Shown here in pieces: positions 48,965 through 59,372 of a DNA stretch of 64,000 bases (its first letter is position 1; each line of letters opens with the position of its first letter). The position numbers and the translations under genes were made by a program. Where the stretch lies: the sequence record MK308675.1; one strand, given 5' to 3'. The notes under the pieces were generated by a model, which worked only from the letters and a program-made list of their open reading frames with translations, had not been told where the DNA came from and made no database searches.

Positions 48965-50179
48965 TTATAGTACGTGACGTTTACACATGTCCAAGTATGC
49001 TTCGTACAGTCTTCCTTGGAACTCAAAGAAGTCTTGCGCTGCATAGATAATCTGAATGAATAGATTGTAAGAGATGTTCCCCAAATGACGATGTTGGTCT
49101 TTAGAGATTTCCATGTCTTCAGTTTTCTCTGAGTAGGTTTCCATAATAAGGCGACCTACGTCATCCATCATGCCCATGGCAGCGTGCCAGTTCTTGGTAG
49201 ACGTTAGCGTTGTACGCTTCATGTTGCTAAGCACAGACTTAAGCTCATTTGCAGATAGAGGAGCAATCTCTTCAACACCAGACTTACGAACTACATCATC
49301 GTTGTCCGTGTACCAAGTTACATCGCGTAGAACTAAGTAGTACTCGCTTAGAGTCGCTTTACGTTCTAGGACAGTCGCTTGTTGGAAGCCACCTGCTACG
49401 CCTTCACGCGTTGCGTAGAAAACATATGCTGGGTTCTTAGAAGAGTAAAGCTTCTTACCGTCTGCTTCAGATTGGCCAGTACGGTCCAAGTAAAGAGTCG
49501 CTGCTTGGCTAATTGAAAGTAGAGCAGACTTGTAATCAGGCCATTTATCTTTCTTAAGTTTAGCTAGGACTTCTTCGAATGCTTCGAAAGTCAGGTTACG
49601 GTTAGACATACCTGCCCATTCCGTTAATGCTTTCTCTACTTCGGTAGGAACGCCGTCAGCTTGGAAGTAAAGGCGCTTAGGTTTAGGAATCTTAACGGCT
49701 TCTTCCGTGATGTCGCCCTGAGACACTAGACGAGTAATGTCATCTAACTTACCGTCGAAGTCTTTAAACTTCATCGAGATGGCTTGGCCAATCTTCTTGA
49801 TTTTCTTTTTAGCTTTATCTAGCTTATCGTTCCAGATAGCTTTAAGGGTATCGATAACAGAACCGATGCCTTCCATTGCGACTTCAGTAGTTAGCTCTAC
49901 ATCTGACTCCATTGCGAAAGACTGTAGCTGTAGCTCTGGCGTGGCTTTAAGGATGTTGTTCGCAGACGAAATAAGCATCTCTGCGGTTGCGCCTTCTGAG
50001 TTATCTTTCAAGAAGGTTAGTTCACCGATTAGCTTAGCAGCGTCACGGATTGTTTCGTTTTCTTCACGGCACTCCTGAAGGAATGCTTCCGCTTCTTCTA
50101 CTGTTTTGAATTCACCAGTATCGAAAGAGGCGTCGAGCTCAGCTTGTTTTACCTGAGCGAAATGTTGTCGTAAACTCAT
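48965..50179 (-). CDS. phiKZ-like internal head (virion) protein, paralog of 27409-28650
   Basis: SFAMES...ELTTEVAMEGI motif shared with 27409-28650. Confidence 0.7.
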   Translation of the reverse strand: MSLRQHFAQVKQAELDASFDTGEFKTVEEAEAFLQECREENETIRDAAKLIGELTFLKDNSEGATAEMLISSANNILKATPELQLQSFAMESDVELTTEVAMEGIGSVIDTLKAIWNDKLDKAKKKIKKIGQAISMKFKDFDGKLDDITRLVSQGDITEEAVKIPKPKRLYFQADGVPTEVEKALTEWAGMSNRNLTFEAFEEVLAKLKKDKWPDYKSALLSISQAATLYLDRTGQSEADGKKLYSSKNPAYVFYATREGVAGGFQQATVLERKATLSEYYLVLRDVTWYTDNDDVVRKSGVEEIAPLSANELKSVLSNMKRTTLTSTKNWHAAMGMMDDVGRLIMETYSEKTEDMEISKDQHRHLGNISYNLFIQIIYAAQDFFEFQGRLYEAYLDMCKRHVL

Positions 50180-50205
50180 TGTCGGTTCCTAACGATAGTT
50201 AACAT

Positions 50206-50221
50206 TAAGGTCTATAAGATT
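50206..50221 (-). promoter_or_regulatory. late promoter motif AATCTTATAGACCTTA
   Basis: identical to 27372-27387. Confidence 0.65.
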
Positions 50222-50272
50222 CGAACGAAAAAAAAAAAGAGATTCCTCCTAGCCGTAGCTAGGAGGGTCTTA

Positions 50273-50461
50273 TTATACTACGTTGAAGTAAAGAGCGTTC
50301 TCTTCAGTGATAACGCGAGTAAGTGTTTTCTTGCCTAGGGCGACACCTACTAAGACAGAGTTCCCTTCGTGCTTAACCGAGCGAATGCGGAAGTTTGCTG
50401 CTTGTTGGTTGTCTACAAGAGTTTTGCCTACGTGAGAGCTGTTGTAATCTGTTACATTCAT
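50273..50461 (-). CDS. small hypothetical protein
   Basis: GGAG SD; early motif variant at 50545; terminator downstream. Confidence 0.75.
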   Translation of the reverse strand: MNVTDYNSSHVGKTLVDNQQAANFRIRSVKHEGNSVLVGVALGKKTLTRVITEENALYFNVV

Positions 50462-50544
50462 AGTAATTCTCCAATAAAATTTTTAATAAAGAAAGAACCA
50501 CAACCCGAAGGCTGTGATTCGAATTATGTTTAGAAAGTCACTAT

Positions 50545-50557
50545 GGCAATATAGGTC
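50545..50557 (-). promoter_or_regulatory. early-type promoter variant GACCTATATTGCC
   Basis: similar to 4925 motif. Confidence 0.5.
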
Positions 50558-50563
50558 ACACTT

Positions 50564-51067
50564 TTACTTCAAACCGATGTACTGGTATGCGTAGCCAATT
50601 ACAGCATTGAGTGTGGATGTTCCGTCTGAGTATTCTACTGCGCCTCTGACTTCATAGATGCGGAACTGGTCGAAGTCCTCTTCGAACTCTACCATCTGCC
50701 AGCTGTCGAACTCATCGATGTCGCCGAATACTAAAGCGTCTCTGTCTATGACAGAATGTTCTCGTGCTCGGAGTAGACTTACTTCGTCATATCCGTCTAT
50801 TGTAGAGAAGAAGAAATAACCGATATCTACTTCGTCAGATTCCAGTTCATAAACCGGCATGACTGCGCCTGCGTATTTGGTGCGGCCAGATATATAGAGT
50901 TGGTTCGCATACTCATCGTTTTTGTCGCGGTTCTTAATCGTCTCTACTGCAGAGATAGGAGAGATGAAATATCGGCCCGACGTAATGCGAAAGCCGAAGA
51001 TATCTTCTTTCGCTTTGAGTGCGCCGTTAAGGCCGTTTGCTATCTCTGTTAGATATTCTTGGTCCAT
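50564..51067 (-). CDS. hypothetical acidic protein
   Basis: AGGGG SD before ATG 51067. Confidence 0.7.
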   Translation of the reverse strand: MDQEYLTEIANGLNGALKAKEDIFGFRITSGRYFISPISAVETIKNRDKNDEYANQLYISGRTKYAGAVMPVYELESDEVDIGYFFFSTIDGYDEVSLLRAREHSVIDRDALVFGDIDEFDSWQMVEFEEDFDQFRIYEVRGAVEYSDGTSTLNAVIGYAYQYIGLK

Positions 51068-51095
51068 TGTTTGCCCCTTAAACAATAGTTATGGT

Positions 51096-51809
51096 TTACT
51101 CCGCTACTGAAGTGTGGCCTTCTACTGCAACGAAGAGTTTGATTGGAGGTAGAGCTACAGTGTCGCCGTTTAGGTCTTTTCGTAGTTCTGCGAGATATAA
51201 GCCGCTTAAGTCGTAGTAGCCTTTGCCTAGCGCCACTAATTCTTCTTGATTAATCAAAATGAAATCACCCGCAGACGTTTTCATTTTATATTCTTCGTGA
51301 TAGCGACCTAGTTCAACCGGTAGTTGAGTTTCTTTATCTACAATCGTACCGCCTGAGCCTAGTAAGGTGTCCGTGCTGCCCGGAATATAAAGCAGACTCC
51401 CTTCTGGATTAAACGGAATGCCGCCTCGCGGATATTGCCAGATTAATGAAACTGGGTCTTCACGGTACTGTGAGTTAACAACCAGTACTCGTGGTCGGTA
51501 AGCCGTAAAGTAATCTTCGCTGTCTATGCCTGTAGGCTTATAGATGCTAGCCAGGATTTCCATTAGAGATACCGGAGAGCCATCTGGCGATAGGTCCGGA
51601 ATGTTATTGAACATCAGTTCTTCTAAAGGAATGGATTTATCGCGAACGTAAAGTTTCTTTTCATCTACGGATACGATATTGTAGTCGTGCGTCAGATACA
51701 TTTCCAGCGTACCGCCCTTAGCAAAGGGCGCAGGAATGCGCACGGGCGTTGCTTCCGTTAATTCAACCGTCGTGTCGAAGTCGCGGAGTAATATTGCGTA
51801 GTCTTTCAT
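51096..51809 (-). CDS. hypothetical protein
   Basis: GAGGA SD before ATG 51809 (MKDYAILL). Confidence 0.75.
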   Translation of the reverse strand: MKDYAILLRDFDTTVELTEATPVRIPAPFAKGGTLEMYLTHDYNIVSVDEKKLYVRDKSIPLEELMFNNIPDLSPDGSPVSLMEILASIYKPTGIDSEDYFTAYRPRVLVVNSQYREDPVSLIWQYPRGGIPFNPEGSLLYIPGSTDTLLGSGGTIVDKETQLPVELGRYHEEYKMKTSAGDFILINQEELVALGKGYYDLSGLYLAELRKDLNGDTVALPPIKLFVAVEGHTSVAE

Positions 51810-51874
51810 GATGTCCTCAGTTATGAAAATAAATAAAAGGAGTACCACAAGATTTCTCCTGTGGTACTTTAAAC

Positions 51875-52816
51875 TTAATCTAAGTGGGTTAGAACTTCTT
51901 CTACTACCGGGTGGCGCTGACAATCGGCCGCTTCCAGAATATGGAAATGTGCAGACGGTGAAATGTCCTGTAGTTTCTCTTGCAAATACTCCAGACCGGA
52001 CTTAGTACCTTTCGGTAAGTCAATCTGACCTAGGTCGCCCGTAAACGTCATCTTAGACTCAGGACCCAAACGAGTAATAAGCATCTTAGCCTGCTCTACT
52101 GTTGTATTCTGAGTTTCATCTAGGAGTACGTAGGAATGGCTTAGCGTACGACCACGTAAGAAACCAATCGCTGCTACTTCGATAGTCTTACTCTCGATAA
52201 GCTTCTCAACTTCCTCGATACCTAACATTTCAAACATAGCGTCGAAGATAGGGCGTAAGTAAGGGTCAACCTTTTCTTCTAAGCCGCCAGGGAGGAAGCC
52301 TAGTTTTTCACCAGCTTCTACGGCAGGACGAGCAATGATAATTCGGTCGATTTGAGTTTCATTATCTTTCAGGTCAGAGATAGCCTGGGCAACTCCAAGC
52401 AATGTCTTACCCGTGCCGGCAGGACCGATACCAAAGTTAAGAATGTTCTTTCTTAACGAATCCATGTATGCGGCTTGATTAGGCGACTTAGCAGTATAGT
52501 TGCGTTTGCCTGCTCGAATGGTCGGCATTTGTTCCCCGAAATCTAGCATCTTGCGGCGATTCTCCAGAACCGATTCGAAGAGTGCTTTAGTGATTTCTTC
52601 CCCACGGATTTTCTCCGCATATAGGTCGAGGTATACTTCTCTGGCCAGATGTGCGTGCTGTCCGCGGAAGGTAACTTTACCGTTAACTTCGACTACGACG
52701 TTAAACACATAAGAGACTCGGTCAATGAAAGAGTCGTCTTGTCCATAAATATCGCGAACGTCGAAACGCTCATAGGCTTCATCGTTCAAGTCGATATATG
52801 CTGAGTTTTTTGCCAT
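51875..52816 (-). CDS. phoH: PhoH-family ATPase (YbeZ-like)
   Basis: GPAGTGKT, ARPAVEAGEKLGFLPG, RGRTL, LDE-x-QN, TRLG, GD-x-x-QIDLP. Confidence 0.92.
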   Translation of the reverse strand: MAKNSAYIDLNDEAYERFDVRDIYGQDDSFIDRVSYVFNVVVEVNGKVTFRGQHAHLAREVYLDLYAEKIRGEEITKALFESVLENRRKMLDFGEQMPTIRAGKRNYTAKSPNQAAYMDSLRKNILNFGIGPAGTGKTLLGVAQAISDLKDNETQIDRIIIARPAVEAGEKLGFLPGGLEEKVDPYLRPIFDAMFEMLGIEEVEKLIESKTIEVAAIGFLRGRTLSHSYVLLDETQNTTVEQAKMLITRLGPESKMTFTGDLGQIDLPKGTKSGLEYLQEKLQDISPSAHFHILEAADCQRHPVVEEVLTHLD

Positions 52817-52880
52817 AAGTGATTTCCTTATAGAAGAAGAGGTTTAGGTAACTCAACGAATTACCTAAACATTACTGGAG

Positions 52881-53705
52881 TTAGAACTCCACTACCATGT
52901 CAGCATCAATAGAGACGTCAGCTACGTGCTCTGTCTTAACCGCATAGAATTTTTTACCCGATTTGAAGACCGTCCCTTCTGGAAGAGTTAGTCCGGTTAA
53001 GGTCGAGTATTCCTTAAGCCCCACAGCAATCTTATCTCGGAATGCTAGCGGTATTTGTTTTCGCAACACCGGGAAACGGCCAGTAACGCCTGTGCCGTCC
53101 GGAGTAAGTTTTTCTGACCACCTTAGGTCCATCGCTACCTGTAAAGTGTAACCATTTGCCATACGGCCTATGAGGTCGTTTACAGAATAGTTTTCGTCGA
53201 TGACTTTAAGTAGAAGGTCGAAAATAGGTTCCAACACCAACGAGATGAAGCTTCCTGCTTCAGTGTAAGTGACGGGTGCTAACTTCTCGATAGCCATTAA
53301 AGCACATTCGGCTAGAGCTTGCTCAGTACGAATGCCTTGCGTTACCCAGGTACGACTTAACCATAGCCGGTCACGGCCTTGTTTAAAGGTAGCCGAGGTT
53401 GGATATAGCAATGTGAATGCGAAGTCGCAGAACTGCTTCATTGGGTTAGCTAGTTCTTTCGCTCTCTGTTTGGCAAGTGATTCCGTAATAGCTTTAGAGC
53501 CACGGGTTAGACGGAAACGATAGAGGTGTGAAAAGTGATGCATCATTGCATCCAAATACACCAGACCTTCGGCAACATCTTTCGTTGCAGGAAGCATGTC
53601 TTTCGTAATCGTCATCTTGCCCCACTTACCGTCCTTGGTTGCTTGATACAAGGCGCTGTTGTGGGTTCTTAAATTCATGGCCAAAGTATGGATTGTATCA
53701 GACAT
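52881..53705 (-). CDS. hypothetical protein
   Basis: 274-aa ORF co-oriented directly downstream of endolysin. Confidence 0.75.
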   Translation of the reverse strand: MSDTIHTLAMNLRTHNSALYQATKDGKWGKMTITKDMLPATKDVAEGLVYLDAMMHHFSHLYRFRLTRGSKAITESLAKQRAKELANPMKQFCDFAFTLLYPTSATFKQGRDRLWLSRTWVTQGIRTEQALAECALMAIEKLAPVTYTEAGSFISLVLEPIFDLLLKVIDENYSVNDLIGRMANGYTLQVAMDLRWSEKLTPDGTGVTGRFPVLRKQIPLAFRDKIAVGLKEYSTLTGLTLPEGTVFKSGKKFYAVKTEHVADVSIDADMVVEF

Positions 53706-53715
53706 GGCTCTTTCC

Positions 53716-54600
53716 TTATTGGTTGGCTACGAGCAAACTCATACGGCCAAACGTGTTACCGCCTACGATGCCATCCTGAACTAGACCTTCTTTAGCCTGG
53801 AAGGCCTTGATTGCAGTGAGGGTACGTTTTCCGTAGTGGCCGTCCACTTTATGTAGATAGCCGAGAGCTCGTAAATATTTTTGCACTTCTCTAACCGATT
53901 GTCCACGGTCGTTAAATCTCACAATCGGACGTTTGTAGATAGAGGAGTCTTCCAACATAATGCCAAGCGCACGGTTGGTCTTCGCGATACGGTCAGGTAA
54001 GCCGTGCTGTCCGCCATTAATGATTCGAGTCACCACCTTAGTCGCGCCTTCGTCCGCCCATTCTAATGCGGTCTTACCGTTGCGTTTGTTTGTTTTAAGG
54101 AACCAACAAGCCGCCATAAGGCCGATAGCGGCATCATTGATAAGAACATTAGGCTGTTCTTCTAACTCTAGTCCTAGGGCCGTACCGGCCGCGATATAGT
54201 TATTCTTACCCGTTAACTGGATTGGGCCACGGCCGCGATAAAGGTATCCTTCTCCTGGGGCATTGTTACCCATTCGTCCGCCATAGACAAAGTTGGCAAT
54301 CTTCTCTTTCTGGCGATGATACTTCTTAGCCTGGCCTTTAGTTTTAAAACGGGATGGCCAGACCTTCATTAGAGTCTGCCAACTATAGTTCAAATTCTCT
54401 TCAAAGCGAACAAAGCCACCCGACTCATGCGCACACTGTCCGATAAGCATAGCCCAACGACGTACTGTGTTGATGCCTTGGTTTTCGATTTGCTTACGGA
54501 ACTGCATGACACTGTAAGCATATTCGATTGATGCACCGCAAGCGATAAGTGCCTCTACTAGGTTGTCGTTTGAAAGCGGGTCTTTCTTGGTCTGAAACAT
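53716..54600 (-). CDS. modular endolysin: GH19 catalytic domain plus C-terminal peptidoglycan-binding domain
   Basis: QCAHESGGF, ENLNYS, YRGRGPIQLTGKNNY; C-terminal VQ-x-x-L...DG-x-YG-x-x-T...FQ...DGIVG; late motif at 54622. Confidence 0.9.
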   Translation of the reverse strand: MFQTKKDPLSNDNLVEALIACGASIEYAYSVMQFRKQIENQGINTVRRWAMLIGQCAHESGGFVRFEENLNYSWQTLMKVWPSRFKTKGQAKKYHRQKEKIANFVYGGRMGNNAPGEGYLYRGRGPIQLTGKNNYIAAGTALGLELEEQPNVLINDAAIGLMAACWFLKTNKRNGKTALEWADEGATKVVTRIINGGQHGLPDRIAKTNRALGIMLEDSSIYKRPIVRFNDRGQSVREVQKYLRALGYLHKVDGHYGKRTLTAIKAFQAKEGLVQDGIVGGNTFGRMSLLVANQ

Positions 54601-54681
54601 TGATTTAACTCCTAGGTTGATTCATAAGATTCTGGACAAAAAAGAAAAAAGATTAGAGGAGAGCCGAAGCCCTCCTCTTAT

Positions 54682-55389
54682 TTACATTATTTCTTTGGCG
54701 ACTTTGCCTTTGTACACGTGTTTCAGTTCTGTGAAGTTAATATAGCTATTTTCTTTTAGTCGTATCTCTCGTTCCCCGTTAATGAGGTTATCCTCTATGC
54801 TTAACGCCCAGAGACAATCTGACTCGTAGTTAAGGAAGGTAGCTTTTCTTCCGCAGAACGTGGTTGTTTTGATGCGAGCTTTGGAAACCTCGATGCCTTT
54901 AAAGAACGCCAAAGTATAGCGCTCTCTGTCTAGCGCTTTAAGCCAATATAGGAAGTTAGCAATGACAACCACGGCTAACTGCAAGAAGCCAATGGCCCAG
55001 ACATATGTCTCCAGAGTAGTAAAAGCAGGTTCGCCTAATAACTCTTCGGCTAAGGCGAAGACGCCGCATATCACCGCTAACGGTAGGAGGAAAAGACTCA
55101 AAGAGAACTTCTCTATGATTTCGGCCTTGGATTGCAAAGTGCCCATTTTCTTTTCTCTGAGTCTGGTCGTGACATGAAGAGCCCGGCGTAAGCCGTCTAT
55201 AAGAAACGTAGTGGAGTTCTCGGCATGATGAATGCTTGAAAACATATAGTCGAAGTTACAGTCTTGGATGTTCGACGTGAATAGTCTCTTGGGCACCATG
55301 ATTGCATAGCGCACCTTGCGGTCTATAAAGAACCCATCTTTCCAGAACGGATTAATTACGTTTAAAAAGCCTTTAATCAATTTCAACAT
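54682..55389 (-). CDS. membrane protein (2 TM)
   Basis: central hydrophobic hairpin. Confidence 0.7.
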   Translation of the reverse strand: MLKLIKGFLNVINPFWKDGFFIDRKVRYAIMVPKRLFTSNIQDCNFDYMFSSIHHAENSTTFLIDGLRRALHVTTRLREKKMGTLQSKAEIIEKFSLSLFLLPLAVICGVFALAEELLGEPAFTTLETYVWAIGFLQLAVVVIANFLYWLKALDRERYTLAFFKGIEVSKARIKTTTFCGRKATFLNYESDCLWALSIEDNLINGEREIRLKENSYINFTELKHVYKGKVAKEIM

Positions 55390-55401
55390 TTTCTTTTCTC
55401 C

Positions 55402-55986
55402 TTACATGAACGGATGAAGACTAGAAAGAAGTTGCTTCAGTCTATCTTCGTTATTTTCATGTAGATAACACACTTCTGGACTACCGCATGTAAATAGCTT
55501 GTCGTTGAGTGCGTCGTAGGTTAGGGTGAAATCTTTATTACAGATTGCCACCGCATGCTTAGTGAATTTAAGGGAGCCTTCTCGGTAGGCCGTTGCCCAC
55601 TCGTACGTTAGGCGTCTCGCTGCCGGGCTAGTATAAAGCTCTTTGTCTTCATAAAGCCACCATATGTAACCGCCATATGAGAAAGCCAAAGCTATAGCTG
55701 GGGCTAAGTCTTCTGAGCGCGATATTAGAACCATGCCTAGAATGACCATAAAGATGGTGCCCAGGATAAAGCGGTTCACCAATACACCATCGGGCATATC
55801 TTCGTTATAGTACGGAGAGAACTTACCGACCGAATTATTCATAGCTAGGAATGGGTCGTAGGTTTGCAGGGCATAAGTGCCTGGGCTAACTTCACGCCAT
55901 TTGAATCCTTTCTTTCCGAAGCGAGTAATCGCAGGTAATAGGCCTTTAGGCCAAGTTCGTTCACTTACATAATAAAGAGGTTTCAT
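55402..55986 (-). CDS. membrane protein (2 TM)
   Basis: central hydrophobic hairpin. Confidence 0.7.
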   Translation of the reverse strand: MKPLYYVSERTWPKGLLPAITRFGKKGFKWREVSPGTYALQTYDPFLAMNNSVGKFSPYYNEDMPDGVLVNRFILGTIFMVILGMVLISRSEDLAPAIALAFSYGGYIWWLYEDKELYTSPAARRLTYEWATAYREGSLKFTKHAVAICNKDFTLTYDALNDKLFTCGSPEVCYLHENNEDRLKQLLSSLHPFM

Positions 55987-56216
55987 TATCTATTCCTTCT
56001 GTATGAGATGTTTTGGTAACCTTGTTTTTCAAGCTCAACTTTAGCATGAATGAAGTGGATTCCCATTAGTTCACCTTTCGCTGTAAACTGCGTGCCGTTG
56101 TCTGTCCGTTTAGACGACACGTCGAAGATTTGACCGAAGCGTCCAATCGATTTCTTTTTACCTTCGCCAGTCACATCGATTAGGTCCGACGGTTTTAAAG
56201 TGAATGCAAGTTTCAT
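55986..56216 (-). CDS. small hypothetical protein
   Basis: AAGGA SD; stop/start overlap. Confidence 0.7.
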   Translation of the reverse strand: MKLAFTLKPSDLIDVTGEGKKKSIGRFGQIFDVSSKRTDNGTQFTAKGELMGIHFIHAKVELEKQGYQNISYRRNR

Positions 56217-56229
56217 TATTAAGTTTCCT

Positions 56230-56523
56230 TTATACTAATTGAAGTTCTCGTGCGCTAGATGTAACTAGCTCATAGATAGAATGTGCAAGGTCACGTGCGC
56301 CACGTACGCCTTTTGAAGTTAGAGACATAGTAAGAGCTTTACGTGTTTTAGCATCGTAGATAGCTGATACGTTTTTGTGAGTCACAACTTTAACTAGAAG
56401 TTTCTCAGCAACGCGGTTGCAGTTGCCAGGGAATACTACTAGGTCAAGAGCAGCATAGACGTCGCCGTCTTTAGTACCTAGTTTTAGAGAGTCAGTTGTG
56501 ATGTAAGAGTTAGAAGTTTTCAT
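56230..56523 (-). CDS. small hypothetical protein
   Basis: 97-aa ORF, AAGG SD. Confidence 0.7.
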   Translation of the reverse strand: MKTSNSYITTDSLKLGTKDGDVYAALDLVVFPGNCNRVAEKLLVKVVTHKNVSAIYDAKTRKALTMSLTSKGVRGARDLAHSIYELVTSSARELQLV

Positions 56524-56596
56524 TGTATAGTAACCTTGTTGTCAAAAATAGACATTGTAGTAACCACTCCCTCGAAAGGAAGTGGCTACGGATTAT

Positions 56597-57148
56597 CTAC
56601 TTGGTTTTATTAGTAGTCTGAAGAACGTCGTTCAACAGAGGGTATTTTGATTCAAAGTCGGGGTGGTCTTTTACATTCGTAGGAATGATTGCCTTGAACG
56701 TAAAAGGTCGGACATACTCTTTGGAAAGCTTGGCGTTCCAGCATTCGCCGTGTACGAATTCCCCGTAAAGTTCTTCCGGTGACCACATTGAGAACGGACC
56801 TACCATTTGGCGAGCGTCGCGATGCTTAGGATGGCGTTGTAGGAAGAGCTCATAGTTAAGAGAGGCCCCAGCGCAAACATTACATTGGTCTCTCCAATCA
56901 AGCAATTCATCGGAAGTGTCATCTTCGAAGTGAATGAACACTGCCCATTTACGGGGGACATAATACGTAGTAGTACGCCATAGGAACGTTTTAGTTTCCT
57001 GTACCATGTCCTCATAAACTGCAAGGGCTAAGTTGCCCTCACGGATATAGCCCAACATCTTAGCGCCCCATACAGGGCGCTGAGAGTGGCCGATGTCACG
57101 CATGCGTCTGTCGACTACGGTTTTAAGTTTCACGCTATTTTCCTTCAT
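56597..57148 (-). CDS. hypothetical protein
   Basis: 183-aa ORF in operon. Confidence 0.7.
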   Translation of the reverse strand: MKENSVKLKTVVDRRMRDIGHSQRPVWGAKMLGYIREGNLALAVYEDMVQETKTFLWRTTTYYVPRKWAVFIHFEDDTSDELLDWRDQCNVCAGASLNYELFLQRHPKHRDARQMVGPFSMWSPEELYGEFVHGECWNAKLSKEYVRPFTFKAIIPTNVKDHPDFESKYPLLNDVLQTTNKTK

Positions 57149-58457
57149 ATGCTAGGATATGACGTCCGTCAATAACACTGTTATCGTTCCAGAACCAGCC
57201 ATTAGGGAGTTCATAGTTGCAAAGGTTTTCAAGCTTAACAACGTGGTAGGTGGGTCTGACTACGTCAAACACCTGGTTTGCAGAGTAGAGCCATTCGATA
57301 TCCAAGGCGTAGTTAGAATCGAACGTACAGCGAGCAACTGCTACGCTGTCTGGCTTTTCTCTGTGAGTGCGAGGATGCATTAACTCAATAATCATACCAT
57401 CTTCACCGAAGTGTAGGATGAACTCCTTATAGTTAAGCTCCAACGCTTTAGCGACCCAAGAAGCGTGGATGTTGTAAATTACCTTTTCAGGTTCCTCACC
57501 CTTAACCTTGCGCTCAGATAGGTTCTCGTCGATAAACTTAGAAAGGCCGAGCTCTTCAGTGCTCAGTTCTTTAAGTTCACCATCGTCGAAAGTCATGACC
57601 TTAACCTGACCGCCTAGCGCGCTCTCCACGGTCTGAAGGAACTTACCGAGTTCTTCAAGTAAGTTATGTTCAGCTGCGATTTTAGCCGACCCGTAAGCGT
57701 GCTCAGTTGGCTGAGATGTAGTCTCGCCTTCAGGTAACGCTTGCATGCGGCCTCGCATTTGACGATTAGGCATTGGGCGCTGCATGGCATATGTGTTCGT
57801 GTCGAGGTTGCTCGGAGCAGAAGGTCTTACTGCGGCAAGTAGTTTACTGCTGACTTCCACTACGCGAGCTAGGTGCATTGAAGGATTAAAGCGGTCGTTT
57901 GCTCCGACAAGTTCGGAGAAAGCGACATATAGTCCCTGGACGACGTCGGTAGGTAGACGTGCAATCCACTGAGGTAGACGAGGCTTACGCTCTTCGAAAT
58001 GGTCAGCGCGGTACATGTCGTTTAGGAAGTTAACCATCGCTTCCGCTTTACGCGCATCGTCCTCGACCCAGTGCGTAATACATTGGCCTAGTGCATGGAA
58101 GCTGTCGCGACTGACATTTGGACCAGACATCTCAGTGCGGGCTGCTTCAACTATTACTTCCGCAATGCGACGACGTAGTACGTCCAGGGCCCGGCCTTTA
58201 GGACAGCCTTCATCCATTAAGTCTTGAAGCGCTTTAGGGATTTCTTTGCCTAGCTCGTCTATTTTAGTTAACGGTAGCTTTTCAACTGCTTCGGCGACCA
58301 ACAAGCTCGCACGAGTACGAAGCTGTTGAGTTTGGAAAGCTGTTTCTAAAGAACCGAGTGCCGTAGCGCCGATTGCTGTGATTACCGCATCGGTATCGTT
58401 GTGAGTATCCATGATTTGGTTTAGGTCTAGGATAAGTGCTTTAAGTACGTGGTTCAT
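57135..58457 (-). CDS. hypothetical protein
   Basis: 440-aa helical ORF. Confidence 0.8.
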   Translation of the reverse strand: MNHVLKALILDLNQIMDTHNDTDAVITAIGATALGSLETAFQTQQLRTRASLLVAEAVEKLPLTKIDELGKEIPKALQDLMDEGCPKGRALDVLRRRIAEVIVEAARTEMSGPNVSRDSFHALGQCITHWVEDDARKAEAMVNFLNDMYRADHFEERKPRLPQWIARLPTDVVQGLYVAFSELVGANDRFNPSMHLARVVEVSSKLLAAVRPSAPSNLDTNTYAMQRPMPNRQMRGRMQALPEGETTSQPTEHAYGSAKIAAEHNLLEELGKFLQTVESALGGQVKVMTFDDGELKELSTEELGLSKFIDENLSERKVKGEEPEKVIYNIHASWVAKALELNYKEFILHFGEDGMIIELMHPRTHREKPDSVAVARCTFDSNYALDIEWLYSANQVFDVVRPTYHVVKLENLCNYELPNGWFWNDNSVIDGRHILAYEGK

Positions 58458-58570
58458 AATGAGTCTCGCTTATGTTGAGTGATTTTAAATAGAGTTGTGT
58501 TATTAGGATAGTGAGATTTCAGCCCGACGGCCAGGGGTAGCCTTTTTGCCGTATTATGGGTTGATAATGA

Positions 58571-58921
58571 CTATAGAGTAATATCGAGTAAGATAGCTTT
58601 AGCTAGGTTTACAGGGCGGCCCTCTTCAGTGCCGTTAGGCACACTGATAGGCTGCGGTACGTACTCGTTGTCAAGTACGTTAACGTTAAGGAACTCAATC
58701 AAGTCATCTAGAGCTTCCTTAGGGGAAGAGCCGATACCCGACTTACGACGTTCCGGTAAACGCGGGTCCGTCTTAATGCGGATGTGACGACGATTGTCTG
58801 CACTGCGCAACTCGGCGTAGTAAAGAGGGCGCTCTACTTTAGCTTCTGTGCTAATGTAGATTTCTGTACGGAATTCAATTTCTAGATTTTGTTCTTTTAA
58901 GATAGTAGATAGATTTTTCAT
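58571..58921 (-). CDS. hypothetical protein
   Basis: 116-aa ORF, AAGG SD. Confidence 0.7.
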   Translation of the reverse strand: MKNLSTILKEQNLEIEFRTEIYISTEAKVERPLYYAELRSADNRRHIRIKTDPRLPERRKSGIGSSPKEALDDLIEFLNVNVLDNEYVPQPISVPNGTEEGRPVNLAKAILLDITL

Positions 58922-58995
58922 AATCTTTGCCTTTAAGAAAAGGAGGCGTTTAACCTCCTTGATTATTTTTAATAGCCTTTATCAAATAGTATGAC

Positions 58996-59178
58996 TTAAG
59001 CCCTGTTCGGATTTAACTGGTCGAATGTCATTTGACGAATCTTCCAGAAATCTCCCCAGGTGACGAAGATATGTTTCTCCGAACCATGGGTATGAGTCGA
59101 AACGTGTTTGTAATCACCTTCGCCGCTAATGTGCGTGAAAGTTTTTACACCCTCGTCGTCGACGGAAACCTCTGTCAT
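58996..59178 (-). CDS. His-rich 60-aa protein, tandem copy 1
   Basis: AAGGA SD; 40 of 59 residues identical to copy 2. Confidence 0.8.
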   Translation of the reverse strand: MTEVSVDDEGVKTFTHISGEGDYKHVSTHTHGSEKHIFVTWGDFWKIRQMTFDQLNPNRA

Positions 59179-59288
59179 AAGCTGATTCCTTATGTAAGTG
59201 GCGACGATTTCCCTTTAAGGTGTTACCGCACCTTAAAGGGAACCCTAAGTCCAGTTTTCTCGTAAACTGGCAACGCTGTGACAATCAA
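59179..59288 (-). promoter_or_regulatory. structured 5-prime leader, copy 1 (two hairpins)
   Basis: hairpins 59251-59270 and 59209-59242; covaries with copy 2. Confidence 0.65.
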
Positions 59289-59372
59289 AACTAAGTTTTT
59301 CTTAGGTCTCAAGTGGAAGAGTAATACGAGAAAGAGGAGACATTGCAACCTCCTCGTATTTAAGTTGTACTG

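Noticed and set aside
50228-50238. A11 homopolymer as a phase-variation tract
   Set aside because: Intergenic; it is the U-tract of the minus-strand terminator hairpin at about 50241-50270.
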